63,177 nucleotides of DNA, filler included, from Octopus bimaculoides (GCF_001194135.2; 6 parts of 4 records of this genome joined end to end with filler, not necessarily neighbours in it); one strand, 5' to 3'; positions 25,582 to 39,942 are shown, counted from the first letter of the whole stretch. Numbers and translations: made by a program. Notes: generated by a model not told the origin, from the letters alone.

Positions 25582-26369
25582 CCACTGGGCCATTACGCTT
25601 CNNNNNNNNNNNNNNNNNNNNNNNNNNNNNNNNNNNNNNNNNNNNNNNNNNNNNNNNNNNNNNNNNNNNNNNNNNNNNNNNNNNNNNNNNNNNNNNNNNN
25701 NNNNNNNNNNNNNNNNNNNNNNNNNNNNNNNNNNNNNNNNNNNNNNNNNNNNNNNNNNNNNNNNNNNNNNNNNNNNNNNNNNNNNNNNNNNNNNNNNNNN
25801 NNNNNNNNNNNNNNNNNNNNNNNNNNNNNNNNNNNNNNNNNNNNNNNNNNNNNNNNNNNNNNNNNNNNNNNNNNNNNNNNNNNNNNNNNNNNNNNNNNNN
25901 NNNNNNNNNNNNNNNNNNNNNNNNNNNNNNNNNNNNNNNNNNNNNNNNNNNNNNNNNNNNNNNNNNNNNNNNNNNNNNNNNNNNNNNNNNNNNNNTATAT
26001 ATATATATATATATATATATGTTCGTGTGTGTAAGAGAGAGATGTCAGCTGTTTATTGATGTATATCAGGAATTGAAATATGTTTAATAACTTTGTTTGT
26101 TTGAGTCTGGGGCCTGGACAAAGAAATAACAAGTCTTGGGAGTGGTCCTTTAAGATGTTTGACTACTTGTTTGTCGTTTCGAATGTAAATATATATATAT
26201 ATCCATGAGGATAGTTGTCTCCCCTTCGGTTAACTCTTTAATAAATAACCAAAGTTTAGCAGCGGTTTTTAAAATCCACATTGCATAAAGAGGCGAAGGA
26301 GACACAAAAATACCTTTTCCAAAAGAAGGAAAAAGCAAACGAAATCATGACGAAATGGTCAAAATGATC

Positions 26370-26680
26370 GCTCTGTAATAATGAGGCTATGGGTTTGATC
26401 CTACTCCATGGCATCAGGTTATGAGCTGACCATAACCTCGTGTCAGCCCAAAATGTGTGTGATTAGGTAAATGGAAAGTGTGTGAAAGCCTGTAGGATGA
26501 ATTGTGTCTGTAATTCAAAGATTCAGTCTGAGACATTGTGTTACGCTGATTCATTTTGAGAGTTATATCGAGGGTACCCGTCTCTGAGGAATACTCAGTC
26601 ATTTATCCGTTTATTCAACTTGTAAGTAATTCAGTTTGAGCAAACAACTGAAGGCTCATCGTCGAAAATCAACTGAGGAT
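26370..26680 (+). mobile_element. Old chimeric SINE (B-like head/body plus A-type domain)
   Basis: TGTGTGGATTAGGTAAATGGAAAG resembles the B body; TGTGTTACGCTGATTC...GAGGAATACTCAGTCA resembles the A domain. Confidence 0.4.
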
Positions 26681-27397
26681 CATATCCATCACTAGCCGTC
26701 TCTAGTCCTTCCTCCCAACCCTAATTTTTTTTTCTCTCAGACGTCAACTTAAAGAGATGTTTACACTGAATATCAACCGTATTGATGTCAGCACTCTCAG
26801 AATAGCTGGCAAATACTGCAGAAGCAGCCTCTTCTTTTCATTCAATCCACCACCATTAATCGAAAACAAAACGACGTCTAGCCATCTCAGATACGAATCG
26901 TTGGCTTAATGAAAATGACTTATTCAAAATGCGAACTGAGGTTGAAGGACGCTTCTCAACGAAAAACTCACCACTACACACCGGCACCTCGCTTTATAAA
27001 ACTGCATAGATAATCTAAATTCAATTTAAACTAACAGAAGAAAAAAAGCATGTTTCATGTAAAGCTATCATGAGACTAATGTTTAGTAAAATAGCTCATG
27101 TTTTTTTTTATGTGAAAAAAATCTAATAACATGTAACCTATACGCCATAAAGAGAAGGAATTTTCTTCATAAACATAAATATGATGCTGGTTTTGCATGA
27201 CATTATAGTAAGGTTCCTGATTTGTTAAAATGAAAATCACAAATAGGAAAACAAACTACATTGCTTAGTAATGTATGAAATTCGGCATTCGATTTTTTTC
27301 TATATATATTAATTTTTAAACGCGTTTTAGCACTTTAATACTCAGAAAATATTTTCCATTTTGATTGAATAAATTCATATGTATGTATGTATGTATG

Positions 27398-27431
<34 letters not shown>

Positions 27432-27781
27432 TGTATGTATGTATGTATGTATGTACGTACGTACGTATTTGAAAGAAGATATATATGTATAAATATATTT
27501 ATGTGTATACATACATTCATGTATATGTATAGATACGTAAATATTTACTCCGCGCACACACACATGTATATATATATGTTATATAAATATACATATACAT
27601 ACATACATTCATACATATACATGTGAGTGTATTTATATAAGACGCACACACATGCACACATACGCATATACATATATGTGTGTGTGTGTGTGTGTGTGTG
27701 TATGCATTTGAATCAGCAACACTTCACTATTTGGGTCATTGAAACGGCACAGAACTAGTGCATAAATTTGCATAATTACAT

Positions 27782-28165
27782 ATCTTTTACTTGTTGCAGT
27801 CATTTGACTGTAGCCGTGCTGGGGCACCGCCTCGAATGGTTTTCGTCGAATAAATCGATCTCAGGACATATTTTTTATTTTGAAGCCTAGCACTTATTTT
27901 ATCACTTTTTTTGCCTAGCCGCTAAGTTACGGGGACGTAAGCACACCAACCCCGGTTGTCAAGCGGTGGTAGGGGACAAACACAGACACAAAGGAACATA
28001 CACACATAGATATATAAATATGTATAGACGAGAGGCTTCTTTAAGTTTCCATCGAAGAAATCTACTCACAAGGGTTTGGTCGGCTCGAAGCTATAGTAGA
28101 CACTTGTTCAAGGTTCCACGTAGTGGAACTGTACCCGGAACCATGTGGTGGGAAGTAAGCTTTTT
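27782..28165 (-). mobile_element. SINE family B, decayed full copy
   Basis: Reverse complement of B from tail to head. Confidence 0.8.
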
Positions 28166-28353
28166 TGTACAGATACATACATACAAGGGTTGGACAAAAT
28201 AATGGAAAAACCTCATTACGTGAGTTAAGGAGAGCTTAATATTTATTACGTGGTTCAAAAAGTTAGTCGAAGGTAGTGATGATAAAGAAGAGGAGAGTTA
28301 AAATATAATTTTAGCAGAGGGGTGATGTTCTGATGGTGAAGTTAAAGAAAGGC

Positions 28354-28393
<40 letters not shown>

Positions 28394-28414
28394 NNNNNNN
28401 NNNTGAGAGAGAGT

Positions 28415-28461
<47 letters not shown>

Positions 28462-28653
28462 GAAGTGAGAGGAAAGAAAGAGAGAGGGGGAGAGAGAAAT
28501 GATGATGCGAACAGACATTCCTCAATATACCGTTTTATGTGTGCGACACTCATTTGTATGATGCTCAAACTGGTTAAACCATTGAAACTGCGCAGGGCAT
28601 GTCTACCAAATACTAGATTAAGCATTTAAATGCGTCAAATGACAAAATTCCGT

Positions 28654-28727
28654 GCGGCATCTGTGCAGGTAACTTAAGAGACGGCGGTGTGCTGCATCTG
28701 GCCAGGTAACTGAAGAGATGGCGGCGT
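28654..28727. repeat. 37-bp tandem duplication overlapping the hammerhead 5' half
   Basis: Units 28654-28690 and 28691-28727. Confidence 0.85.
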
Positions 28728-28765
28728 GGGTTTCCGCCCCGGCATCCGAAACTCGCAGTTTTATC
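28705..28765 (+). ncRNA. Minimal type I hammerhead ribozyme, near complete
   Basis: Stem I GGUAA/UUAUC; CUGAAGA; stem II GAUG/CAUC with inner GCGG/CCGC; extra C; GAAAC-UCGCA-GUU. Confidence 0.62.
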
Positions 28766-28916
28766 ATGGCTACCGAATAATTGTCACATTTTATTTACAC
28801 ACACACACACACACACNNNNNNNNNNNNNNNNNNNNNNNNNNNNNNNNNNNNNNNNNNNNTTAATTAATTAANNNNNNNNNNNNNNNNNNNNNNNNNNNN
28901 NNNNNNNNNNNNNNNN

Positions 28917-28948
<32 letters not shown>

Positions 28949-29299
28949 GCTATTCGGACTGGGTATACGTATATTAAAATATACTTTGAGTTATATGGCT
29001 ATGAAAACGCATTCACCGTTTGGGCGACCTGATGTCATCCACAGTTACGATATAATTTTTACTGGATCAAAGTCAGGAGATCCACAGTATGTGTTCAGTT
29101 AATAATTGATAAAGGAAACGGAAGATGGATTTCTTACAAATCTTTATTTAGCTCGACGATCGTTTCAACCCATCCAGCTGGTGTCTCCGTAGTGGTAGGA
29201 TATTTTGCATCATATACATACATACATACATACATACATACATGTGTGTGTGTATCGCCAACGATTCACATATGGTTATATATATATATGTGTGTGTGC

Positions 29300-29344
<45 letters not shown>

Positions 29345-30499
29345 GGATATTGTGCATCATATACGTACGCACATACACACACACACATATATATATAATC
29401 ACATGTGAATCGTTAGCGATTTGTTTTTTCTCCATCTTCCTTTTCTATTGGACTTGCCACTGTCTCCTATTTTTGAAGAAGAGCTTTGCTCGAAACGTAA
29501 AACACCCTTTCTTTCCTTCCCCGAGCGACTGCTAATTCTTTACATGTACCACGTNNNNNNNNNNNNNNNNNNNNNNNNNNNNNNNNNNNNNNNNNNNNNN
29601 NNNNNNNNNNNNNNNNNNNNNNNNNNNNNNNNNNNNNNNNNNNNNNNNNNNNNNNNNNNNNNNNNNNNNNNNNNNNNNNNNNNNNNNNNNNNNNNNNNNN
29701 NNNNNNNNNNNNNNNNNNNNNNNNNNNNNNNNNNNNNNNNNNNNNNNNNNNNNNNNNNNNNNNNNNNNNNNNNNNNNNNNNNNNNNNNNNNNNNNNNNNN
29801 NNNNNNNNNNNNNNNNNNNNNNNNNNNNNNNNNNNNNNNNNNNNNNNNNNNNNNNATATATATACCTGCAAACGCACACAAACACAGGCATTTGCTTTCA
29901 CTGGAATATATCTCAAACCAGCAATGCTTCCTGGTAGCACTCTTAGGCAAGGATTCTTGAAAGTTGGCAAAGTCGATGGCTGAAAGTCCTGCGGGACAGA
30001 TTGTCCAGTTGATTTTCGTCCACGCCTCGAGTTTCCGCGGGTAATCATTGCTTTTTCTAACTGCTTATATTCTATGTAATGCGAAGCGTGACCTAGCAAG
30101 TACAACATTATTTGGTAGAAAACTTTATCGTCTTTCAATAATCAGTTTGTCAAGGTGCCCAGACTTCGTCTTTGTTTGCCTCAGGACTATGGCTATAAGA
30201 ACAAAATGAAATAAAATAGCAGTGGGTGTCCCTTCGTTCTCACTCTCTAAGAACGTCTGTAGATATAGCATCATTAATGCACCCCTGCGTATTATCTGCT
30301 ATGTCATGTCGGGTTTTCAGTTGGCAACAGATGGACTTCCTAACTAATGGAATGCATTCCTTCCACAAGAAGAATGAGACACTTCACCAAAGCAGATGCG
30401 AACTAGTATAAAGCAGGTTGGCCAAATGGTAATAAAGTTTGGTTATAAGGTCAAATATTTTGAAGGGAATGTGTTAGTGGATACTGTAGAGCACAGCAC

Positions 30500-30705
30500 T
30501 TGAGTAGAACTTAATTTTATTAACTAGGGCTTAATTTTATTAACTAGAACTTAATTTTATTAATTAGAACTTAATTTTATTAACTCCGAAAGAATGAAAG
30601 CTGAAGTTAACCTTAGCCAGATTTGAACACTGATCGTAAAGACCCCAAAGAATATAGCAAGGTAATTTCTTCGACGCACTAATAATTCTGCCCGCTCGCC
30701 TGCTA
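30500..30705 (-). mobile_element. SINE family C containing a 20-bp x4 tandem amplification (30505-30584)
   Basis: TAGAACTTAATTTTATTAAC x4, then CCGAAAGAATGAAAG...GATTTGAAC...AATTCTGCCCGCTCGCC. Confidence 0.7.
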
Positions 30706-31099
30706 TCTCTGCGCACGCTATCAAGTTTGGCTTCCTTTAAACCAGCTTCTGGGAAAAATTAGCCACTCTGGTCGTAACCTCGTTGCAATTCCTATCCAAA
30801 GCCAAAGTCGGACATGAAGCGCCTTAGAGAACCAGTCTGCCAGTAACTCACAGCTCAGGCTGGCTTCTCCTTTGTTTCTTTAATTTCCGAATTGCAAGCC
30901 TACCGACAGTTAATGCATGTTCATACTACCAAATCGTATTACTGTAGCAGTGGGCCCAGAATCTCGATTTCTGCGGTGTCTAGCATGGGAATCACAAAGA
31001 TGCCGACATGAATACTTATAATTTCTCCAACTTCCATAGCAAGGACTCGGTTACCAAAAGTTATAGGTGCTATGTAAGCGGACTCACTCAAGTGACCGA

Positions 31100-31240
31100 G
31101 AGCATAAATAAAAACAGTTCTGATAGGAATCCATTTTATTTGACCACTGAGGCGTTAAATACAGTAGATTTTGGAAACGGAAATGGAAATATCTGTCAAA
31201 TATCGAAGATCGATACTATCGAAAGCATTTGACTGATCCA
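31100..31240 (+). pseudogene. Possible decayed LINE RT motif
   Basis: TTEALNTV...ID(frameshift)LSKAFD*, resembling DLSKAFD. Confidence 0.3.
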
Positions 31241-31599
31241 AGCGGATTAGATTCGTATTGCAGCCAGTTGTGTTATTCCATCACGCAACAACATATTGCC
31301 TTAAATGGAAGAAGCTTTTGTGCATAGATATTTCCGAGGAACATGCAGGTGTAGGTTTTCCCGGCCATATTTACGGTGTCCTTTTTGCTAAACACTAGGC
31401 AAAAAATTTTTTTAATTGCTTTCAGTGATGCCATCATACAGAAAACAATTTGAAGGAGAATATCACCAAAATAAACCGTTATGCTTTTTCTCTTTGTTCA
31501 ACTAACGCCCAACAGGCTATAGTTAACGTTTCAGTGATATGCCAAATGCTTATTCCTTCGAAAGAAATACCCTTTTTCATATTTTCTTGTTACTTGTTC

Positions 31600-31725
31600 A
31601 AATGCCGCCGGGGTTGACTTTGTCTTTGGGGTCGATAAAATAATCATCACTTGAACTCAAGGATCGATATAATCGACTGATCCACTCCTCCGAAATTGCT
31701 GGCATTATGCAAAAAGTTGAAACAA
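31600..31725 (+). mobile_element. SINE family C 3' fragment
   Basis: GGGGTCGATAAAATAA...GATCGATATAATCGACT...GAAATTGCTGGC. Confidence 0.6.
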
Positions 31726-32034
31726 ATATATTCTTCTAAGTCGTCCCGTGTTCTTTTTCTTTTTGCAACAAATGCTATTTATTTTGCGTCGCTTCTTCAA
31801 ATGAAGAGGCTTAATTGTTTCTTGCTCCTAAGTTTTCGTAAATTTTCAATTTAACCCATCCTCAGCACTCCATTCTTGGGTAGAACTTGTTATACATCTA
31901 GAGGCAATTCGAAGTCAGCAGTCTTGTTGATATAATTGCTTTAAACTTTGAGTCAGTAGCTGACGAGAGGGAAGCTGGTATGCATATTTTTGCTTCATGT
32001 ACTGTCTCTCTTCCCAGTGGACTGGGCTTCAATC

Positions 32035-32067
<33 letters not shown>

Positions 32068-32530
32068 TACAGAAGCACAAACAGATACATACATGCATAA
32101 CTACATATATACACACATATATCTACATATACATCTCTCTCTCTCCCCATATATGTATGCACATTTATGCGTGTATACACACATATATATATATATATAT
32201 GTACATGTATATATATATATATATATATGTATATGTGTGTATATATACATGTGTGCGTGTGTGTGTGTGTATATATATATATATAAACATATATATATGA
32301 AACATACCTAGAGAGATAGAGAAGGGGAGAAAGAGGGTAGAGAGAAAATATAAAGCGACATTACTAGCTGTGATTACCATAAAGTATTGAATTCTCTATC
32401 ATTTAATGTAAGTTTAATTAACATGTTAAGAAAACATTTTACTGAGAGTTTTAATGTAGATTTCATTTAAACTGGTTGGCTATGCCTTCATGAATATATT
32501 CATATATGCACACGGACACACACACACACA

Positions 32531-32568
<38 letters not shown>

Positions 32569-32767
32569 TGCACAGACACACGCACATTTACATACGTACC
32601 CCACACACGCATAGATAATGTATGTAGTGTGATGCCCAAACGCAAACGTGCACATATGTATAAGTGTGTGGGAAACTATTTTTTGTATAAGTTGTTATAC
32701 GTTAGAATAAATACTAAAATTGCGTTGTTGTTTTGTGTATGCCTATGTGTGTGTGTGTATGTGTGTG

Positions 32768-32800
<33 letters not shown>

Positions 32801-33234
32801 GTGTGTGTATTGGGATATTGAAATGTATATATGTGAGGGGAATAAACATTTGCGTTCTAGAAAAATTATGAAGCACGCTCATACCACCGTAGCCATACAT
32901 TTATTGATATGGAAATATATGTATATGGAGTTACACATTCTTATAGATATATTTATGTATACGTAATATATACATATGTATACACACACTCGCACACACA
33001 CAACGCATATATTTATATTCATACACGTATGTAAAAGTATATGCATATATTACGGACATTTTATGCATTATATTTAGATTATATTTCAAATATTATGTAT
33101 GTGTGTATAAACAAATATAAATAAGTGTATATTTAATATGTGCTTATCCGTGTATGTACATATACATGTATACTTTTATCTCTCTGTCTCTCTCCGTCTC
33201 TCTCTCTCTATATATATATATGTGTGTGTGTGTG

Positions 33235-33273
<39 letters not shown>

Positions 33274-33413
33274 CTGAAGCAATTATAGTATTCATCCATT
33301 TCATCTATTAACACGCACATGAATATAATGCTAATTAAAATCATTCAAAAACTGTATATATACATATATATACATGCATACATACATACATACATGCATA
33401 CATACATACATAT

Positions 33414-33468
<55 letters not shown>

Positions 33469-35299
33469 NNNNNNNNNNNNNNNNNNNNNNNNNNNNNNNN
33501 NNNNNNNNNNNNTTAATTAATTAANNNNNNNNNNNNNNNNNNNNNNNNNNNNNNNNNNNNNNNNNNNNGACGTAAGGAAAAATGGCAGAACATGAAGCCT
33601 CAGACAATATGGGAAGTTTCAGAAGACCTTTATATTTCAGGCGCAAAGGCCCATCCTCAGAAGAAAATTCAGTTTTGAAATGTCTAGATACACAGGTTCT
33701 GATAATCTATTCAAATGTCTTGGCGTTATCTTACCAAGAACAGTCACTTTCCTAGCATTGGTGTAATCGCCCTTCTAAGCATTAGTATAAACAAGCATCC
33801 GACTGTTGCAGTAGGAAACTCACCAGATTTTGGCGTAAAGAAAACTTCCAGTTGTTGGTGAAGGCAACTATCAATCGTTGACTTTTGCGACGTATAGCCA
33901 CGGGATGATGGTGGTGTTACGCACGCAATTTGCGTCGTTCTTGACGGTTTTAAGAATATATCTATATTTGAACTTCATTTATCCGATTATAACAGACATG
34001 GATTCCAAACACCAAGGCAATGATCACAATTCTTCCACGTTTGTGAACCATCATAGAAAACGTAAGTAACCTTCCCATTTCTCTTGATTTATGCAATTCA
34101 GAATGTTCTCAGATGCCATAAGAAATCCCGAGAAAATCCCATTATTTGCTACATTTCAACAGGCATCTTTCTTTGCCCCCAAAATAAAAACTAGCGAAGA
34201 TAACAATCGATATTCCGAACCGACTATAACGTCGAAGTCACTAACAACTATATAATCAAACGGACGCTATCAGTGACACCACCACAAAGGTCCGTTTCAT
34301 CAATATCTTTGCATTCTTACTCGAGAGAAAAGGTTGTAGAATATACACGTCTTAACATTTTAGAACCATTCTTGGAATCAATTATCCCGCATCAATAAGC
34401 TACCATTATGTCACACTACATTCTGACGAGATTACGGAAATGACGAAAGCTGCCTCATAATAATAATTATTAATAGTATCGCTAGAAACTCTATAATATT
34501 ATGAAAATGCATATTAGAATATCAAAACGTGCTTAACTTCGGCTGCTGTTATTGTGAGGGAACTCTTTGGATATAATTGGAAAGCAATCAAGCATGGAAC
34601 AGCCGAACGTATGAAGCTAACCATGAAAGAAGAAGGGAATAATATACGACTGGTCGGGAGAGAAGCACCGAAGAAACACTCACTTCATATTATTTTTTAC
34701 ATGAGCCGCATGTTGGCAAACCGTCATCTTTGCAACGAAGCACAATGCCTGCTGCAAAAATATTATGCATGAATAGATTTCCCTCAAATTGAATGAGACG
34801 ATAATACTAGCAGCACATTGAATTTATCTTGTAGTGGTGACATTTATATTACGTCATATCTCGAAGGTTTTGCTTTTGCAAACAAAGAGTGGGAAAAAGT
34901 GTACGAAATATCCAATGAGCAAGGAACAGCGAAGACCTTAAGCTATCAAGACACTCGGGAATGTCCGTTAACTTATCATTGTGCAGAAGGCAACAAATAT
35001 AATCAGTGATCACTCAAAAATGTCATTGTTGTACTATCTCCCTCTGTGATATAATGATCTTCCTAAAAAAACAATATACAGCACCATCTGCAGAAATTAT
35101 TGTTCTAAGGTTAAAAACAGCAGTTTTGCCTATTAAAACATACATTACAGCCCAAAGAATATTGGTTCGACATTCCCATGAAAACTTTTATATGTTTAAA
35201 CATAAAGTATATGATTTAGTTATTGCCAACGCAAAAGAAAACTCATTGTCATAGAGATTTGCTGGAATGTAGATGTGAGTATCTCTTCAACAATCAGAG

Positions 35300-36570
35300 A
35301 GAAGGAGACGATTATGAACATCTGCTTGGAAAGCTGCAGGGGCTTTAATCTTATTATAAATTCACATTTATGAATATAACTAATTGTATACTGGGATATG
35401 TTAGTGGAAGAATGCGGACGGTGCATTTGTTTCTGTTGGACTTCTGTTATGTGGTGACACGCTTGATTGCAGAAAGCGCGAACACGATGCTGCAAATATT
35501 AATAGAAATATTCCGGAAAGAGAATTAGTTTGGGATGTGTTTGCAAATCGAACTTCAGTTGAAACCTGAGACACAAGAGAATATCCTCGACATAATGAAT
35601 GTTCCAGAAGAGCACAATAGCATGTAGAAGTGGAGGGTAGAAGATCTTGATGTTATAATTCTGGAGCAGGCGTTCTGCTCCAGAAACGAAACACGACGAC
35701 CGGAGAAAGCATTCACTACCATCAGTGCAACAACTGCAATGCCAACAATAGTAGAAACAGCTGCTACGACATAGCACATAAGCGTAAGGAAGGTATTTCT
35801 GCACGAGTTGCAAGGTAACAATGGTCCATAAACCAATACCAACCGATGGGAGTACGAGCAACTACAACAACAAATTATACAGCAGCGTCATTGGCCTCCA
35901 CATCTCAGACAATGGCAACAAGAGCTGCAGAAAACTACAAATATACCAACGACAAGAGCCACCCTCGAGAGATGCTCTTTCCCGACTCAGGCAAAGGTGA
36001 CAGTGAGTAGAATAAAAGAAATATATCAAAAACGTTATAGAAATGAACAAACGGCTTGATGCATTTGAACACCGATGCATCGTCACCGCTCCAAATAGCA
36101 GCTGCTTCCTACACCATCTTTTCAATCACCACTAAAATCATAGATATAGATACTACTCTTAAAAGAACAACTACACTTCTATTCACAACAATAGCAAAAA
36201 TAAAGGAAACCTTACCTTTACGGCCGTAAACACAAGTAATAAGAAGCTAATAGCCCAGCCACAGAAAAAAACTAAACATCAAGCACAATGGCTGTAATGC
36301 ATTAAGCAGTATTATGCCATCATACATTTAATCCTTCAAATAAATACGCAACGGAGTAGGAGACTCCATGGGAAAATACGGAAAAAAGCACTATTTAAAG
36401 AAGTTGTCTCTCCATATGAATAATATAAGAAGGTCTTTCTCACCATTCACGTTCTGTCTGTCGTAGGATTACTTACAATAGACATCATAAATGAGAATCG
36501 ACTGGATCACTATAGAGGAAGTACAAACTAATCAACCATCTTTTGTCACAACTTATAGACCAGGAGGTAA
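35300..36570 (+). pseudogene. Heavily decayed RLE-type (R4/Dong-like) LINE remnant(s)
   Basis: Scattered motifs WKAAG (about 35330), SFSPFTFCLS (about 36435, cf. GDSLSPLLFCL) and INHLL (about 36533); not collinear, many stops. Confidence 0.3.
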
Positions 36571-37674
36571 TTTGCAAACCCAGAATTTGATATCCAAAAG
36601 CTGAAAAGAAATGTGTTTAAAATAATCCTTCATATTCTAACGTTTACAACATTTTATTAACTGTATTTGTTATTCGTAATATTTTGTTACATTTTCTACA
36701 ATATTTCGTAAAGTGAATTTGATATTATACTGATTCATTGATAATTCTATTCATGAAATATTCTACTGTCAAAATTTATTTTACTGTGAATCAAGGGTCT
36801 TTTCTCTTCGTGGCACATATTTACTCTGCAGAAGTGTAAATTTGTTTCTCGTAGCCAGTGTTAGTTTGAAGATTCTCAAAATGTGAAATCAACACCCTAA
36901 CCCAGGACACAAATTATACTCCGGCCCCTAACCCTGTTAAGACAAATAGTGATTTTGGAACACCTTTTCAAATCGAATGTAAATGCTTATTATCTTAATC
37001 ATGTAGTTCAAGACGCTGAAATAATTATGATTTCGCAGTTTGAGAAGCCGCCTTGTGGACAACGTTTATATAATCAGTAATATCAGAAATAATTTGCAAA
37101 CATTTGCATAACTCCCATTTCGGATTTCTAAATTTAAGACGAAATTTGATGAACATCAAAAGAGAGCAACTTTAATTTTACATTTAATACAAAATATATT
37201 TAAAGATGTTTACTGAAAGTGCAAATTTATTGAGTTAAATGAGACATCATATTATGTGTTGCGTTAACTAATGCGCCATGTCATTGTATATTTTAAAGTA
37301 AATTTAACACTGACAGACCTGAGAACTATTAACGTGAAATTTCGAATATTTACTTCCGTGTATATAGAAATTGCTGTGTCATCAATGGAATAAGCTGGTT
37401 GCAATGAGAGAGAAACAATAGCATTAACATTAATTAACATTAATAATTATGACATTCGATAAGAATTTGCTATAATTATCCACTGTTGCAATATATGAAC
37501 AACTTCTGTATATTAGTGCGATTTGTTTCTACAAGATTTTACTGCAATTAGTTCGCTAATACAAATGCAGGTTAATGTATTTAGATTTCCTTTTAACAAA
37601 TCCGTTTAGGAACTTGTTTTAATTTAAATCATTAAATATTACATTACGTTTCCCATTAATATAAATATGTAGAA

Positions 37675-37750
<76 letters not shown>

Positions 37751-38115
37751 ACATACATACATACATGCATGCATACATACATACATACGTACATACATAC
37801 GTACATACATACATACATTCATACACAAGTAGCGCGAAGCAGTGATAGGAAATAAATAAGATATATGATCGTTCAAGTGTTTCGGGCATATTTCAAGTTC
37901 AAATGTTAATTTCACTGCGGTTAAATGTGGCGAACGGAAATGCCTCACTTAAGATCAATAGAGCAAATACAATATCATCAGCTCAAAGCACGCACTGTGG
38001 ATCACTAGATGTATAGTTATGGGGATATAAACACACCAACATCGTTTGTGAAGCTACGGTGGCGGGACCCTCACAAAAATACACACACACACATATATAT
38101 GTGTATATGTATGTG

Positions 38116-38168
<53 letters not shown>

Positions 38169-38242
38169 ATGTATATATATATATATACATACATATACGC
38201 ACGCATACACACACACANNNNNNNNNNACACACATATATATA

Positions 38243-38375
38243 GGGGATAATTCACAAAAACAAAACAAAAGACGAAGACAGGTGGTGTAGACAACAAACA
38301 AATGCATTAGTTTAACGCTCGGGAAGTGAAAAAGTCTTTAACGTTTCAAGCCTATGCTCTTCCACGAAAAGGAAC
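38243..38375 (-). mobile_element. Penelope-like terminal fragment with vestigial hammerhead
   Basis: CUUU-[UCGUGGA]-A-GAGC-auag-GCUU-GAAACGUU-AAAG: stems retained, CUGANGA core lost. Flanked by split SINE B pieces (37985-38062, 38390-38478). Confidence 0.4.
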
Positions 38376-38539
38376 ACAGAAAGAAAAGACACTTGCCCAA
38401 GATGCCACGCACTAGAACAAAACACAGAACTATGTGGCTGCAAAGCAAGCTTATTACCACGCAGCTACTCCTGCGCCTATGATACACTGACCAAAATTAT
38501 ATTAAAATATCTTGAAATACTGAAGAGTAAATTTATTGA

Positions 38540-39450
38540 ATAAAATCGCTATTATCGTGAACCACGGCCTCCAGACAACTTCAGAATCTCCTGCAACTCT
38601 CCTGGAAATTCTCTTTGTTTAATTTGTTGAGTGCTGTCATAACCCTTGCTTTTAGTTCATCTTTGGTGTTACAAGGAGTTTTGCTGGTCTCTCGCTCAGC
38701 CGCGCCCCACACATAATAATCAGCCTGGAGTGCTAGGGGGCCCGATGTTAAGGGTGATATGATCGCAGAAATTGTCTGACAGCTATGACTGGGTTCTCTT
38801 GTTTGTCTGGCATGTTGCAGAATTCGGTTGCCAAACATAGGGTCTTCCAGCAGCCACCCTCTTGACACAGGGCAGCACTACCTCCTCCAGGCACTTGATG
38901 TAGGCCTCCGTGTGGAGTCTGTGGCTGTGTGAGAATGTGAATGTAGGCATAACGTCGCTATTAATAGTGATCACGGCAAACATGATATTGACAGGATGTT
39001 AGATTATTATTACACTCGGTAAATATTTTGGCAAGCCAGCGGTTGTTCTCTATGTTCACCATCCGATCCTGGCAGCAGTTTTTCTCGTCTGAGAAAAATC
39101 ACAGCGTTTTCAGTTGGAGCGGATGCTTGAGTTTGTTCGAAAGCTAGCGCGGTCTTTCTTCTTGTCCTTGATGGCTTGGGATAAAAACTGGTCCTTTCTC
39201 ATCTTTTATAAGGAATACCGAATATCTTCATGCACTACCTGCCTGATAAGAAACTCAAATACTCCCATGTCACTGGCGATGGAGCTGATTGTCTTGGACA
39301 GATCGTTGTCAATCATGGCCTGGATCTCACCAACAGGAGTACTTTTTTTTATTAGATCGTGGAGAATAAGTTTTCCTAGCTGCCTTAGCTTTTTAATCAC
39401 CATTAGACTCATACAACTCTTTCCGAATCCTGTGCACTGTCCTTAGATTC
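38540..39450 (-). pseudogene. maT/DD37D-like IS630-Tc1-mariner transposase remnant
   Basis: FSDEKN, EAYIKCLEEVVLP, YVWQPNSATC (cf. QQDSAPCH), DYYVWGAAERETSKTPCNTKDELKA; frameshifted. Confidence 0.8.
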
Positions 39451-39896
39451 CCTCCCACAAAAAAAAAACACTCTGAAATGTTCATATTGCCCGGCAGTAC
39501 AGCATATCGTTTCCAAATTTCTGGCAGAGTGAATTGCGTCATGGTACTGTTTTTCTCGCAGACGGTGCCCAACTAACCCTCCTATACTGTGAAGTCGATA
39601 ACATCAAATACAAACAATGCGTATGCGCGAAATTAAAAATAGAAAAATGTCGACAAGTTAACTATTGCTCCCTATCTATCTCTCTATCTATCTATCTATC
39701 TATCTATATATATATATATATATATATANNNNNNNNNNNNNNNNNNNNNNNNNNNNNNNNNNNNNNNNNNNNNNNNNNNNNNNNNNNNNNNNNNNNNNNN
39801 NNNNNNNNNAAAGAACATGGACAAAATGGTAAACAAGGTGCAACAAACAAGCACGCCACATAGAAACATCCCCTTCATCAGCTGCCACCATTAAAA

Positions 39897-39942
<46 letters not shown>

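Noticed and set aside
26150-26338. Possible minus-strand exon (KGIFVSPSPLYAMWILKTAAKLW)
   Set aside because: Acceptor-like tract present but no convincing donor or homology.
34420-34460. CUGACGA...GAAAG hammerhead-like string
   Set aside because: Stem II does not pair and there is no GUH with stem I.
35499-36125. Hydrophobic Cys-rich minus ORFs resembling GPCR helices
   Set aside because: Stops and frame changes between them; better explained as antisense of an A-rich decayed LINE.
39858-39885. Minus-strand CUGAUGAAGGGG
   Set aside because: No stem II partner or GAAAC follows.
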